DNA of 64,000 nucleotides from a bacterium (GTDB taxonomy: Bacteria; Patescibacteriota; Patescibacteriia; UBA10025). Both the position numbers and the translations under genes were made by a program. The stretch lies in the NCBI GenBank assembly GCA_021815445.1, contig JAKAGM010000001.1, positions 235,527-299,526 of the forward strand, in the 5' to 3' direction. The notes under the pieces were generated by a model. It ran no database searches. It worked only from the letters and a program-made list of their open reading frames with translations, and had not been told where the DNA came from. Below, piece by piece: positions 1 to 8,326 of this stretch. Every line of letters begins with the position of its first letter. Position 1 is the first letter of the stretch.

Positions 1-264
1 TCCGAGTAGTCGCACCTGTTCACGGATAATAAGCTCGGCGAGGGAGGGGTCGAGATGATACGTACGGCAGAGACGCAAGGCCCGCTGAGAAGGCGTGATC
101 GAGCTAAGCCGTACAAGGCGATTTTCGGCGTAGGAAAGAATTTTAGATGTTACGGTTATAACTTCGCCCGTTCTCAGATGCGCTCGTCGAAAGATCCTCA
201 GTAATATCGCCAGAACGTCATCACCAGGTTTAATCTTTGGCGTTGATATCGCAGTAACCAGCAT
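1..264 (-). CDS. Partial CDS running off the 5' window edge. The N-terminus begins MLVTAISTPKIKPGDDVLAILLRIFRRAHLRTGEVITVTSKILSYAENRLVRLSSITPSQRA and resembles the CofE / F420-0:gamma-glutamyl ligase family (PF01996-like).
   Basis: Hand translation of the minus strand from the ATG (revcomp of 262-264) with no stop before position 1. The P-x-IK-x-GDD and TSKI-S-AE-R-V-L motifs recall the CofE N-terminal region. It lies 3 nt downstream of the preceding gene. Confidence 0.4.
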   Translation of the reverse strand, partial: MLVTAISTPKIKPGDDVLAILLRIFRRAHLRTGEVITVTSKILSYAENRLVRLSSITPSQRALRLCRTYHLDPSLAELIIREQVRLLG

Positions 265-267
265 GTG

Positions 268-1065
268 TCAATTGTTGATCGCGTAATTGACCGTCAGGTA
301 TCCGACGCCAAATGGCGCTTCGTAGGAAAGCACCTGCGCCCTTACCCTCATGCTGTTGAGAATTCCGAGGAGAATGACGATAGACCTTAAACCGCACTCG
401 CCGGCGGCTTCGATAAGTCCGCGATCCATTTTTAATATTTTTTCAGTTTTTCCCTCGAAGATGAATGACGTCAACTGAGCATCAAAGTCCTTCGCCTTCG
501 GATTGAACCCGGCCGGCGAGTTCTTGGTCAAACGATGAGAAAGATCGCCCGAAGCAATCACTGCAACCCTCCTGGTATCATTAAGTAACTCCCCTTGAAG
601 TTTTCTGCCGAAAGAAAAATGAGTTTCCAAGTCGAGAAGTGAAAAAGAAATTGGGATGAGCTTCGTTTTTTTTCTGTCGAGGTTCTCTGTTAAAAAATAC
701 AGAGGGACGCCGATGCCATGATCAAGACGCTCATGCGAAGTGAGTGCGACAGGTATTTTTGTCTCCAACCCCTCTTTCAAGTGATGGCTAAATCCGATGT
801 CCCCAGAAATAGTAAATTTTGTAAGAAGATCCCCAAACTCCTCAAAATCAATTGAGAACGCAGGAACCACATTAATTATAAACGAATTCTGGAGCATGGT
901 CCCGTGGGGGGAGATAACGACAATAGTATCCGGAGAGGAGGCATAGATATCTTCAGCAAGCTGGCCGTATGCATTCGCTGTTTTGGCAAGAAACTTCACA
1001 TTATCCCTTCCTATGCTGGGAATAAGGATCGGAGGGTGTGGTGTTATCGCCGCAAAAACAATCAT
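268..1065 (-). CDS. LigB-type class III extradiol dioxygenase-family protein (MEMO1 / AmmeMemoRadiSam protein B-like)
   Basis: 265 aa. ITPHPP, SPHG, LDHGIGVPLYF and ASGDLSH motifs are typical of the LigB/YgiD/Memo superfamily. Confidence 0.55.
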   Translation of the reverse strand: MIVFAAITPHPPILIPSIGRDNVKFLAKTANAYGQLAEDIYASSPDTIVVISPHGTMLQNSFIINVVPAFSIDFEEFGDLLTKFTISGDIGFSHHLKEGLETKIPVALTSHERLDHGIGVPLYFLTENLDRKKTKLIPISFSLLDLETHFSFGRKLQGELLNDTRRVAVIASGDLSHRLTKNSPAGFNPKAKDFDAQLTSFIFEGKTEKILKMDRGLIEAAGECGLRSIVILLGILNSMRVRAQVLSYEAPFGVGYLTVNYAINN

Positions 1066-1072
1066 GGAGTTA

Positions 1073-2452
1073 TTATCCTGCCGTTATCGGGTCGCCCAAG
1101 GGGATGATATCAAGCGACTTTTGATTCGTCCAGATAACATTTTTCCATTTAAATCCGAGGATGGTAAAAGTATTCGATGTTGATATTGGACGCTTAGTGC
1201 CGTTAGATATGAAATAAATCTTTGGATTTCCTTTTGTCGCCACAAGTTCGCCCTCATTAAAGATGATCGGGTCTCCAGGAGCGTACTTTTGGATTGTCGC
1301 GTCATCAACGACAGTGAGAACGCGAGTGCTAAATCGGGACTTGAGTATTTCCTTTGAAACAATGGCGTGCCTGACGCCATTTTGGATAAATGAAATGGCG
1401 CCTGTCGCATTCGAACGGAACAAGATGCCTGCGGGGAAAGAACTTTGGAGTGAAATCGGTTCGGCATCGGCATAGCCGGCGAGGTCAGCGGCTGTTACGA
1501 CGATAATTTCTTCCGGATTAAAGCCCAGCTCCCTAAAAACATCGGGCGAGAGGATCCGGCGTTTCGTGTCCCCGTCGAGGAGGTAGGTATGCGATCCTGG
1601 AACGCGTACAAGCGCGTAATTGGGGAACTGGATTGGTGAACCTACGTCGTAAGCATCAATGACGTTTCTCGAAACCTGGATGACTTGGGATAATGAGTAC
1701 CGGGACAGGAATGAAGACTTACTTTTGAATAATCGCCGGTTGCCGTTCTCAATCTTCCATATCGCTCCCGACTCATCTTGCAGTATTGACCCGTCGGGAT
1801 ACTGAGGGATAAACCAGCGGTTCCACACTGTCCAGACCAGGTAGTTTCCGTGTACATGGGGGGTGTACGTGTACATAGCAGCTGTGGCATCGTTCAGGGG
1901 AGTCACAACATCACCTTCGCTTGTCGTCTTTGTTATACCCGGTCCCCACCCGGACAGCGTCATCCCATTGGATTCCAGTCCGGGAAGATATGTTTGGCGA
2001 ATCCTCCGCGCCGCCCAGTTGACTTGGTTAAAAAATCCTTTGTATGGCTGGATACTGGGGTCGTCGGTCGAGCAGGAATCGCAGACGGCGTATCCGGTTG
2101 CCCAATCAAGCTGGCGCGTCGTCGGTGAGGTCGAGGTAATCAAACTCTGCTCAACCTGCATGCGGGTAATCAAATACTTCGGGCTTATCTTCCAGTACTG
2201 TGCGGCGTCAAAAATGATGTCTGAAGCCCGTTTCGTAGTTCCGCCAAGAGCATTGGTTGTATATGTCGCCAAAGCGCTGTTTTGGGATTCCAGGAACTGC
2301 TGCACGCGTGATAAAGACATCGCGTCCTTATCCGTAAGGTCGTTATCGGATAGAATATAATTCTGATTGAATGCTGCCTGTGACAAAGCCGGAAAAAGCA
2401 CGATGGATATCGTGCAGAGGGCTATAAGCTTTTTCAGAATGCGCAAACTCAT
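1073..2452 (-). CDS. Secreted protein with four tandem ~60-aa repeats (possible cell-wall/glycan-binding repeats); function unknown
   Basis: N-terminal signal peptide (MSLRILKKLIALCTISIVLFPALSQA). The C-terminal half repeats the motif [YF][LF]x[ND]Gx[KR][RH]x[IF]xSxxxFxxxGF four times. Confidence 0.6.
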   Translation of the reverse strand: MSLRILKKLIALCTISIVLFPALSQAAFNQNYILSDNDLTDKDAMSLSRVQQFLESQNSALATYTTNALGGTTKRASDIIFDAAQYWKISPKYLITRMQVEQSLITSTSPTTRQLDWATGYAVCDSCSTDDPSIQPYKGFFNQVNWAARRIRQTYLPGLESNGMTLSGWGPGITKTTSEGDVVTPLNDATAAMYTYTPHVHGNYLVWTVWNRWFIPQYPDGSILQDESGAIWKIENGNRRLFKSKSSFLSRYSLSQVIQVSRNVIDAYDVGSPIQFPNYALVRVPGSHTYLLDGDTKRRILSPDVFRELGFNPEEIIVVTAADLAGYADAEPISLQSSFPAGILFRSNATGAISFIQNGVRHAIVSKEILKSRFSTRVLTVVDDATIQKYAPGDPIIFNEGELVATKGNPKIYFISNGTKRPISTSNTFTILGFKWKNVIWTNQKSLDIIPLGDPITAG

Positions 2453-2495
2453 GTAATTTAGTCTTCACAGCATACCACGGCGCCCTGTTTTTGTC

Positions 2496-2530
2496 TAGGA
2501 GATGAATTTCTCGTGAACTTTTGGTATACT
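2496..2530 (+). promoter_or_regulatory. Putative sigma70 promoter with extended -10 (TGgTATACT at 2522-2530) in the divergent intergenic region, oriented toward the WecB/TagA-family glycosyltransferase gene at 2634-3398
   Basis: TATACT hexamer 2525-2530 preceded by TG at 2522-2523. The -35 is weak. Confidence 0.35.
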
Positions 2531-2633
2531 GACACCCGTGAGTAACAATGTCTTTATTATCTTTTAAGCGATCGAACCAATACCTAAAAAAAGTTAAGCG
2601 CCGCGAGGTGTCCATTCATGAGCGCCCGTAAGC

Positions 2634-3398
2634 ATGCAAACTATGAAAAGCGTTGATATTCTCGGTGTTCGGGTCCATTCATTATCGTCTGCGGACAAAG
2701 CTTTTGTTTTACATAGTCTTTTGGTAAAAAAACAAAGTCATGTAGTGGTAACAGTTAATCCGGAGATTGTCATGTGGGCCCAGAAAGACCGGGGGTATAG
2801 AGACATGATTAATGCGGCTGATCTTTCCATTGCAGACGGTGTTGGCCTCACATTTGCATCGCGGCATGCAGGTCAGCGGCTTCACCGCTGGACAGGGTAT
2901 GATTTTGTCCTTGACTTGATGGGCACCGCAGCAAAGGAAAACAGGTCGGTTTTTCTACTGGGGGGAAAGCCATTGGCTGCCCATAAATCGGCGCTCACAC
3001 TCAGGAAGCTTTATCCGACACTCCGCATCGCAGGGGCTGAGCAGGGGCCGCCAATTGGAATGTCAGGGCGGGAAATACGCGTTGATGAATCGGATCAAAA
3101 GTATCTCATCGAGCACCTCAGGCTCCTCGAGCCCGATATTCTCCTTGTGGCTTTCGGCCATCCCAAACAGGAAAAATGGATTGCGCGATCCCTCCATTTA
3201 TTGCCATCAGTCCGCGTCGCCGTCGGTGTCGGCGGAGTGTTTGAATACCTTTCGGGCAGTGTGTACAGAGCACCGTGGGCAATGCGGGTCCTTGGGCTCG
3301 AATGGCTTTTTCGAGTAGTGCGCCAGCCATGGAGACTGCCGCGGATTATCACCGCCGTCGTGCGATTTACTTTGGCCATTTGGAGGGAGAAAAAATGA
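2634..3398 (+). CDS. WecB/TagA/CpsF-family glycosyltransferase (N-acetylmannosaminyltransferase-like)
   Basis: 254 aa. The C-terminal GLEWLFRVVRQPWRLPR motif and overall conservation are typical of the WecG/TagA family. Confidence 0.75.
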   Translation: MQTMKSVDILGVRVHSLSSADKAFVLHSLLVKKQSHVVVTVNPEIVMWAQKDRGYRDMINAADLSIADGVGLTFASRHAGQRLHRWTGYDFVLDLMGTAAKENRSVFLLGGKPLAAHKSALTLRKLYPTLRIAGAEQGPPIGMSGREIRVDESDQKYLIEHLRLLEPDILLVAFGHPKQEKWIARSLHLLPSVRVAVGVGGVFEYLSGSVYRAPWAMRVLGLEWLFRVVRQPWRLPRIITAVVRFTLAIWREKK

Positions 3399-4102
3399 AG
3401 TACAAGTATTTTGATGTCATCCTCGGTCTTTTTGTTGCCGTCGTGCTTATTTCGAATGTTGCGTCGGCTAAAATTGTCTCGATTGGACCGTTAACATTCG
3501 ATGGAGGGACAATTCTTTTTCCAGTCGCGTATATATTCGGAGATATCCTTACGGAAGTGTATGGTTACGCCGCATCGCGGAGGGTCATTTGGACCGGTTT
3601 TGTGAGCGCACTGCTCATGTCGCTGGTTTTTATTATTGTAGGGAAATTGCCGGCTGCCTCGGGCTGGGCGAATCAGGAGGCATATGACACAATCCTCGGT
3701 CTTACACCGCGGTTGGTTGTCGCGTCGCTTATTGCCTACTTTTCAGGTGAGTTTTCCAATTCATATACACTCGCAAAAATGAAAGTTGCAACAAAAGGGC
3801 GTTGGCTGTGGACACGTACTATCGGCTCCACCATTATCGGGGAGGGGGTAGACTCGTCACTTTTTGTCGTTATAGCCTTCGCCGGCGTCTTACCTTGGCC
3901 GCTGGTCTGGTCGGTGATTGTTTCAAATTACCTATTCAAGGTCGGATTTGAAGCAATCGCGACTCCGTTGACGTACATGATTGTAGGCCGCCTCAAAAAT
4001 CGTGAAAGTATCGATTTCTACGATTACCGCACGCGCTTTAACCCATTCCATCTCCGCCAGGATAGTTCAATGCAGAGAAGCCACACTGAGATCGTTAGCT
4101 AG
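3395..4102 (+). CDS. Queuosine-precursor transporter family protein (YhhQ / DUF165, VUT family)
   Basis: Polytopic membrane protein. MKYKYFDVILGLFVAVVLISNVASAKI...FPVAYIFGDILTEVYGY is typical of YhhQ. The ATG at 3395 overlaps the upstream stop (ATGA) and follows a GGAGGGAG ribosome-binding site. Confidence 0.65.
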   Translation: MKYKYFDVILGLFVAVVLISNVASAKIVSIGPLTFDGGTILFPVAYIFGDILTEVYGYAASRRVIWTGFVSALLMSLVFIIVGKLPAASGWANQEAYDTILGLTPRLVVASLIAYFSGEFSNSYTLAKMKVATKGRWLWTRTIGSTIIGEGVDSSLFVVIAFAGVLPWPLVWSVIVSNYLFKVGFEAIATPLTYMIVGRLKNRESIDFYDYRTRFNPFHLRQDSSMQRSHTEIVS

Positions 4103-4150
4103 CGGCATTGACGAACAAAGGTGCTGCGATGACTTATGAGTGATTCAGCG

Positions 4151-4179
4151 TGACCTGCCAGGCGGAAGCGGTGTATACT
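4151..4179 (+). promoter_or_regulatory. Putative promoter: TGACCT (4151-4156), 17 nt spacer, TATACT (4174-4179) with TG immediately upstream
   Basis: Hexamer spacing read directly. Lies upstream of the DUF2207 gene. Confidence 0.4.
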
Positions 4180-4195
4180 TAACCCATACGTTTTT

Positions 4196-5905
4196 ATGTT
4201 AACGCTCATGACAAAAAGAGTATCTTTTCTTCTCTGCCTCCTTTTTTTACTTCCTTTTGCAGTCCACAGCCAGGGAAGCGATACTTCAATCGAGAAGGTA
4301 GACGCCTTTAATGCACAAGTGACGCTGAGTGCCCAAGGCAGCATGACGGTGGTTGAGACGATTCAGTATGATTTCGGTACGAATGACCGTCACGGTATTT
4401 TTCGTTATTTACCCTACAAGTATACTAGGAACGGGTATGCTTACAATTTAAGGTACACAGTAAATTCCGTCACTGACGAGAATGGTGTGGCGTACGAGTA
4501 TACAGAAAAGAAATCTAATGGGAATGTTGTTTTAACTATAGGCGATCCCAACAGTCTCGTCTTTGGCAAAAAGACATATGTGTTGCGATATACGGTCGAT
4601 AGGGCTGTAAATTTCTTCAGCGACCATGATGAACTGTACTGGAACGCTACAGGAAACGGGTGGCAAGTCCCCATCGATCGTGTGTCAGTAAAGGTAATCT
4701 TCCCGTCAACAGAAAGGTCAACAATCAAGCACGTTTGTTACACGGGCGCTTTAGGGTCTGTAGCAAGTAACTGTATCGCAACAGTGGTGTCGGATCAGGA
4801 AATTTCTGTGGAATCACAGTCAGCTCTGGGATATGGGGAAGGCCTGAGTTTTGTCCTAGGTTTGCCTCCGGGGACAATAGCCCGCCCCTCGACTTTTCAG
4901 AACGCCCGGCTGTTTTTAATTGATAATTGGGTCTTTGCTCTACCAATCGTCGCGTTTATTTTTCTTCACATTCTCTGGCTCAAGAAAGGGCGCGATCCTA
5001 AGGTGCCCGGCACAATTGTTCCCCAGTACGAACCGCCGGATAACATGCCCCCTGCGGTTATGGGTACATTATGGGATGAAAAAGCTGATACAAGGGATGT
5101 ATCTGCCGAGATCATCTATCTCGCTACCCGCGGCTATATCAAAATAAAGGATATCGGTGACAAAGATTACCAGCTAACCCTCCTTAACAATGACACGTCA
5201 GGACTCGATTCTATTGATAGAGGGCTCATTGAAGCAATGTTTTCATCGGAAGGCGGGGTTGTAAAACTTTCTAGTCTGAAAAATAAATTCTATACCGATT
5301 TAGCCGTGATTCAAAAAAAGATATATGACACCCTCGTGACAAGCGGGTATTACGCGCAGAATCCGCATACTGTGCGTGCCAAATACATCGGAGTGGGCAT
5401 CGTACTGGCGGCAATTCTTTTTTCGCTCGGCGGCGGATTCGGCTCAATCGCGTGGATAGCCGGGGTACTAACCGCCATACTCATCATCGTTTATGGCTTA
5501 ATTATGCCAAAAAAAACGCTGCACGGCGCTCAGGTGAAAGAGAATATCCAAGGGTTCAAATGGTTTTTGTCGGTAACCGAGGAAGAACGAATTAAATTCC
5601 ATAACGCACCGGAAAAGAAACCTGAACAATTTGAAAAATTTCTCCCATATGCGATGGTTTTAGGTGTTGAAAAGCAATGGGCAGGCCAGTTTGCGGATCT
5701 CTACCGCCAGCCGCCCGGCTGGTATGAAGGAAATTTTTCTACATTTTCAGCACTTGTTTTTGTGTCTGCTCTATCTAATATGAATACGAATATGACATCA
5801 ACGCTTTCATCGCGCCCGTCGAGTGCTGGCGGAGGAAGCTCGGGATTCGGCGGCGGAGGATTTTCCGGCGGAGGTTTCGGCGGCGGCGGAGGGGGAAGCT
5901 GGTAA
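4196..5905 (+). CDS. DUF2207-family membrane protein with a glycine-rich C-terminal tail
   Basis: 569 aa. Signal peptide, a beta-rich N-terminal ectodomain, two central TM helices, and a C-terminal SSAGGGSSGFGGGGFSGGGFGGGGGGSW. This architecture is typical of DUF2207. Confidence 0.6.
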   Translation: MLTLMTKRVSFLLCLLFLLPFAVHSQGSDTSIEKVDAFNAQVTLSAQGSMTVVETIQYDFGTNDRHGIFRYLPYKYTRNGYAYNLRYTVNSVTDENGVAYEYTEKKSNGNVVLTIGDPNSLVFGKKTYVLRYTVDRAVNFFSDHDELYWNATGNGWQVPIDRVSVKVIFPSTERSTIKHVCYTGALGSVASNCIATVVSDQEISVESQSALGYGEGLSFVLGLPPGTIARPSTFQNARLFLIDNWVFALPIVAFIFLHILWLKKGRDPKVPGTIVPQYEPPDNMPPAVMGTLWDEKADTRDVSAEIIYLATRGYIKIKDIGDKDYQLTLLNNDTSGLDSIDRGLIEAMFSSEGGVVKLSSLKNKFYTDLAVIQKKIYDTLVTSGYYAQNPHTVRAKYIGVGIVLAAILFSLGGGFGSIAWIAGVLTAILIIVYGLIMPKKTLHGAQVKENIQGFKWFLSVTEEERIKFHNAPEKKPEQFEKFLPYAMVLGVEKQWAGQFADLYRQPPGWYEGNFSTFSALVFVSALSNMNTNMTSTLSSRPSSAGGGSSGFGGGGFSGGGFGGGGGGSW

Positions 5906-5918
5906 TGCAAGAAATCGC

Positions 5919-7148
5919 ATGAAGGTATACTCCGTTTCAGAATTTGTTACCAGTATCCAGCGGTATCTCGAAGATGGTCTCGGCGAAGTGGCCGTACAGG
6001 GCGAGATCGCAGACTTCAGGAAGGCCCAGGACCGTCTTATTTTTTTCGAACTTAAGGATAAAATCTCCCGCGTTTCTTGTTTTATGATGGCATGGGAACT
6101 CAAGACGATCCTTGAAGAGGGGATGGAGATCAGGGTCTACGGCAAACCATCACTTTTCAAAACTTCAGGAAGATTCCATGTCAGGGTGAGGGAAATAGAG
6201 CTTGTCGGAGCGGGAGCGCTGCATAAGTCACTGATGGTATTAAAGGAAAAGTTGGATAAAGAAGGACTTTTTTCGGAGGAGCGCAAGCGCCCGCTTCCGC
6301 GTTTTCCGGAAAAAGTGGGCCTGATTACCTCGCCTGATGCAGCAGCATATTCGGATGTCCTTCGGGTGATGAAAAACAGATGGTCAGGCGTCACGGTACG
6401 CTTCGTAGCTTGCGGCGTCCAAGGCGTTGGGTCAATATCTCAGCTGGTGTCGGCATTTAAATATTTCAATTCTGAGGAGCATGTTGACGTCATTATCTTG
6501 ACTCGTGGCGGCGGTTCGCTCGAGGACCTGCAAGCATTTAATTCAGAGGATGTCGCCCGGGCCATCTTTTCTTCACGAAGCCCCGTAGTAACTGGGGTTG
6601 GGCATGAGCGTGATTGGACGGTTGCTGATCTTGTGGCGGATCATCGGGCATCCACGCCTTCAAACGCTGCCGAGGTAGTCGTTCCTGAACGAAGAGAGAT
6701 TCTTTTTCAGATTGAACGTATGGCTCTCGATGTTGAAAAGAATTTTTTTGACCAGCTTGCTTCGCGCAGAGATGTAATCAATGAAGCTATGACGAGCATA
6801 GAACAGTACTTCCAACATCAGGCACTGCGTACAAGGGAGGCCTCGCTGCGGTTCGCTCATGCGTTCAGACAATACGAGTACGCCGTATCGACGAAACGCG
6901 ATTCTCTTGCTATGCTTACCATGCAGCTGTCGGACCGCATAAGGTTCAGTGTTCAGCGTTATTCAGCGCTACTCGCGCATCAGTATAAACTTCTTTCGTC
7001 GCTTTCACCGCAGGCGACTCTTAATCGGGGGTATAGTGTTACTTACAAGAACACTTCGGTAGTGAAGAGATCCGAGGACGTCCGGGCGGGAGACAGCCTT
7101 ACAACACGTCTTGCATCGGGAAAAATACATTCACGTGTACTACCATGA
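5919..7148 (+). CDS. xseA: Exodeoxyribonuclease VII large subunit
   Basis: MKVYSVSEFVTSIQRYLE... OB-fold N-terminus and a conserved catalytic core. The small-subunit gene follows directly. Confidence 0.85.
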   Translation: MKVYSVSEFVTSIQRYLEDGLGEVAVQGEIADFRKAQDRLIFFELKDKISRVSCFMMAWELKTILEEGMEIRVYGKPSLFKTSGRFHVRVREIELVGAGALHKSLMVLKEKLDKEGLFSEERKRPLPRFPEKVGLITSPDAAAYSDVLRVMKNRWSGVTVRFVACGVQGVGSISQLVSAFKYFNSEEHVDVIILTRGGGSLEDLQAFNSEDVARAIFSSRSPVVTGVGHERDWTVADLVADHRASTPSNAAEVVVPERREILFQIERMALDVEKNFFDQLASRRDVINEAMTSIEQYFQHQALRTREASLRFAHAFRQYEYAVSTKRDSLAMLTMQLSDRIRFSVQRYSALLAHQYKLLSSLSPQATLNRGYSVTYKNTSVVKRSEDVRAGDSLTTRLASGKIHSRVLP

Positions 7149-7161
7149 TTTACGATAGCGT

Positions 7162-7386
7162 ATGAAAAAAGAGCAATCATCGTTCAATTTCGCAAAAGCA
7201 TTTGAAGAGCTTGAAAAAATTACACGTGAGTTCGAGTCAGAAACTCTTGATATCGATGAGGGATTAAAGAAATTCGAACGCGGGCTCGAACTAGCTCGAA
7301 AATTAAAATCAAAACTGCAAGATATTGAAAATAAAGTCGAAAAAATAAAAAAGAAGTTCGATGCAGAGGATAGTAGCGGGAAGTAA
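7162..7386 (+). CDS. xseB: Exodeoxyribonuclease VII small subunit
   Basis: 74-aa coiled-coil protein (FEELEKITREFESETLDIDEGLKKFERGLELARKLK) immediately after xseA. Confidence 0.85.
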   Translation: MKKEQSSFNFAKAFEELEKITREFESETLDIDEGLKKFERGLELARKLKSKLQDIENKVEKIKKKFDAEDSSGK

Positions 7387-7417
7387 AATACCTTATCATA
7401 GTTTTATCTAGAAATTT

Positions 7418-7672
7418 ATGGACGGCACCCCCACATTACTCGGAGAGATTTTTGCCAGCGTTCAACATCGGATGAAAGAGGACAATCTCGCATCATACGA
7501 AGAATACATGGAGCTTGTTGACGGGGTCATTATCGAATTCGTCGATGCGGGGAAAATGACGGAAGACGAGGATACCCCCGCCTTGCGCGAGGGACTGGAG
7601 AAAATGTATTGGCAGCAGGAGTCTGAACGAGGGGAGGAAGACTCGGAGATCAAAGACAACCACCATGAGTAA
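7418..7672 (+). CDS. Small acidic hypothetical protein (84 aa)
   Basis: ORF co-oriented with xseAB. It overlaps the next gene by 8 nt. No recognisable motif. Confidence 0.4.
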   Translation: MDGTPTLLGEIFASVQHRMKEDNLASYEEYMELVDGVIIEFVDAGKMTEDEDTPALREGLEKMYWQQESERGEEDSEIKDNHHE

Positions 7673-8231
7673 GCATATATTGCGAAAACTTCAGCAATCA
7701 TACGCTGAACTCCAGACGGCTCGCCAGGAGGCGTATGTATTTTCTCAGGAGGCGCTTCGGCTTTCTAAACAGGCGATATTTTATCTGCACGAAAACAAAC
7801 ATAAAGAGGCCAGCCATGCTCTGCGGGATGCGGAAAAGAGACTGAAAAAGTTACAGAAAATTTGGCGCACGTTTGACAGAATCCGGTATGAAGGCAGTAC
7901 GCACGCGGCGCTCGAAGAGTATGCGGAGGCAAAGACCTACTATGTATTCGTTGAAAAAGGGCGAATCAACGAAGTGAAAGATTTCGAAGTATCCGACGAA
8001 GAATATATCGGCGGACTAGCCGATGTGACCGGCGAACTAGTCCGTCGTGTCGTCATGCTGGCCACCAATCACGATGGAGCGGGAGTGGATTTTATTCATG
8101 GTACCGTTGAAACTATCGTTGAGCATCTTCTCGGATTCCATCTCACAGGGCATTTGCGGCAGAAGTTTGACGATGCAAAACGCAATCTGCACAAGATAGA
8201 AGATATCAGATACCAGCTCAAGCGACAATAG
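7665..8231 (+). CDS. Translin-family protein (putative)
   Basis: 188 aa. EEYIGGLADVTGELVRRVVMLA resembles the translin/TRAX signature (EDYLxGxADLTGELMR). All-helical composition. Confidence 0.45.
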   Translation: MSKHILRKLQQSYAELQTARQEAYVFSQEALRLSKQAIFYLHENKHKEASHALRDAEKRLKKLQKIWRTFDRIRYEGSTHAALEEYAEAKTYYVFVEKGRINEVKDFEVSDEEYIGGLADVTGELVRRVVMLATNHDGAGVDFIHGTVETIVEHLLGFHLTGHLRQKFDDAKRNLHKIEDIRYQLKRQ

Positions 8232-8255
8232 GGTTTTAATTATTGGCAATCGATA

Positions 8256-8285
8256 CCCCGGAGTACCGGGGGGCTTTATTTTATT
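8256..8285 (+). terminator. Rho-independent terminator: CCCCGG-AGTA-CCGGGG stem-loop followed by GGCTTTATTTTATT
   Basis: GC stem plus T-run read directly, 25 nt after the translin-like stop. Confidence 0.6.
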
Positions 8286-8303
8286 ACTCACCTATGGTAT
8301 ACT
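8275..8303 (+). promoter_or_regulatory. Putative promoter for the pilin operon with extended -10 TGgTATACT (8295-8303)
   Basis: TATACT at 8298-8303 with TG at 8295-8296. The first pilin ATG is at 8327. Confidence 0.45.
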
Positions 8304-8326
8304 ACGTGTGAAACCCAACGCAAAAA

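Noticed and set aside
1084-2360. ORF-track entries 1084-1473(-), 1263-1475(+), 1642-1890(-), 1850-2128(+) and 1863-2360(+) inside or antisense to the secreted repeat-protein gene
   Set aside because: They are fully nested in a longer ORF that has a signal peptide and internal repeats. They have no motifs and are low-complexity or Arg/Ser-rich in a way typical of out-of-frame translation.
5701-5910. Proline-rich ORF (PPPPPKPPPENPPPP) on the minus strand
   Set aside because: It is the antisense reading of the GGC-rich glycine-tail codons of the DUF2207 gene.
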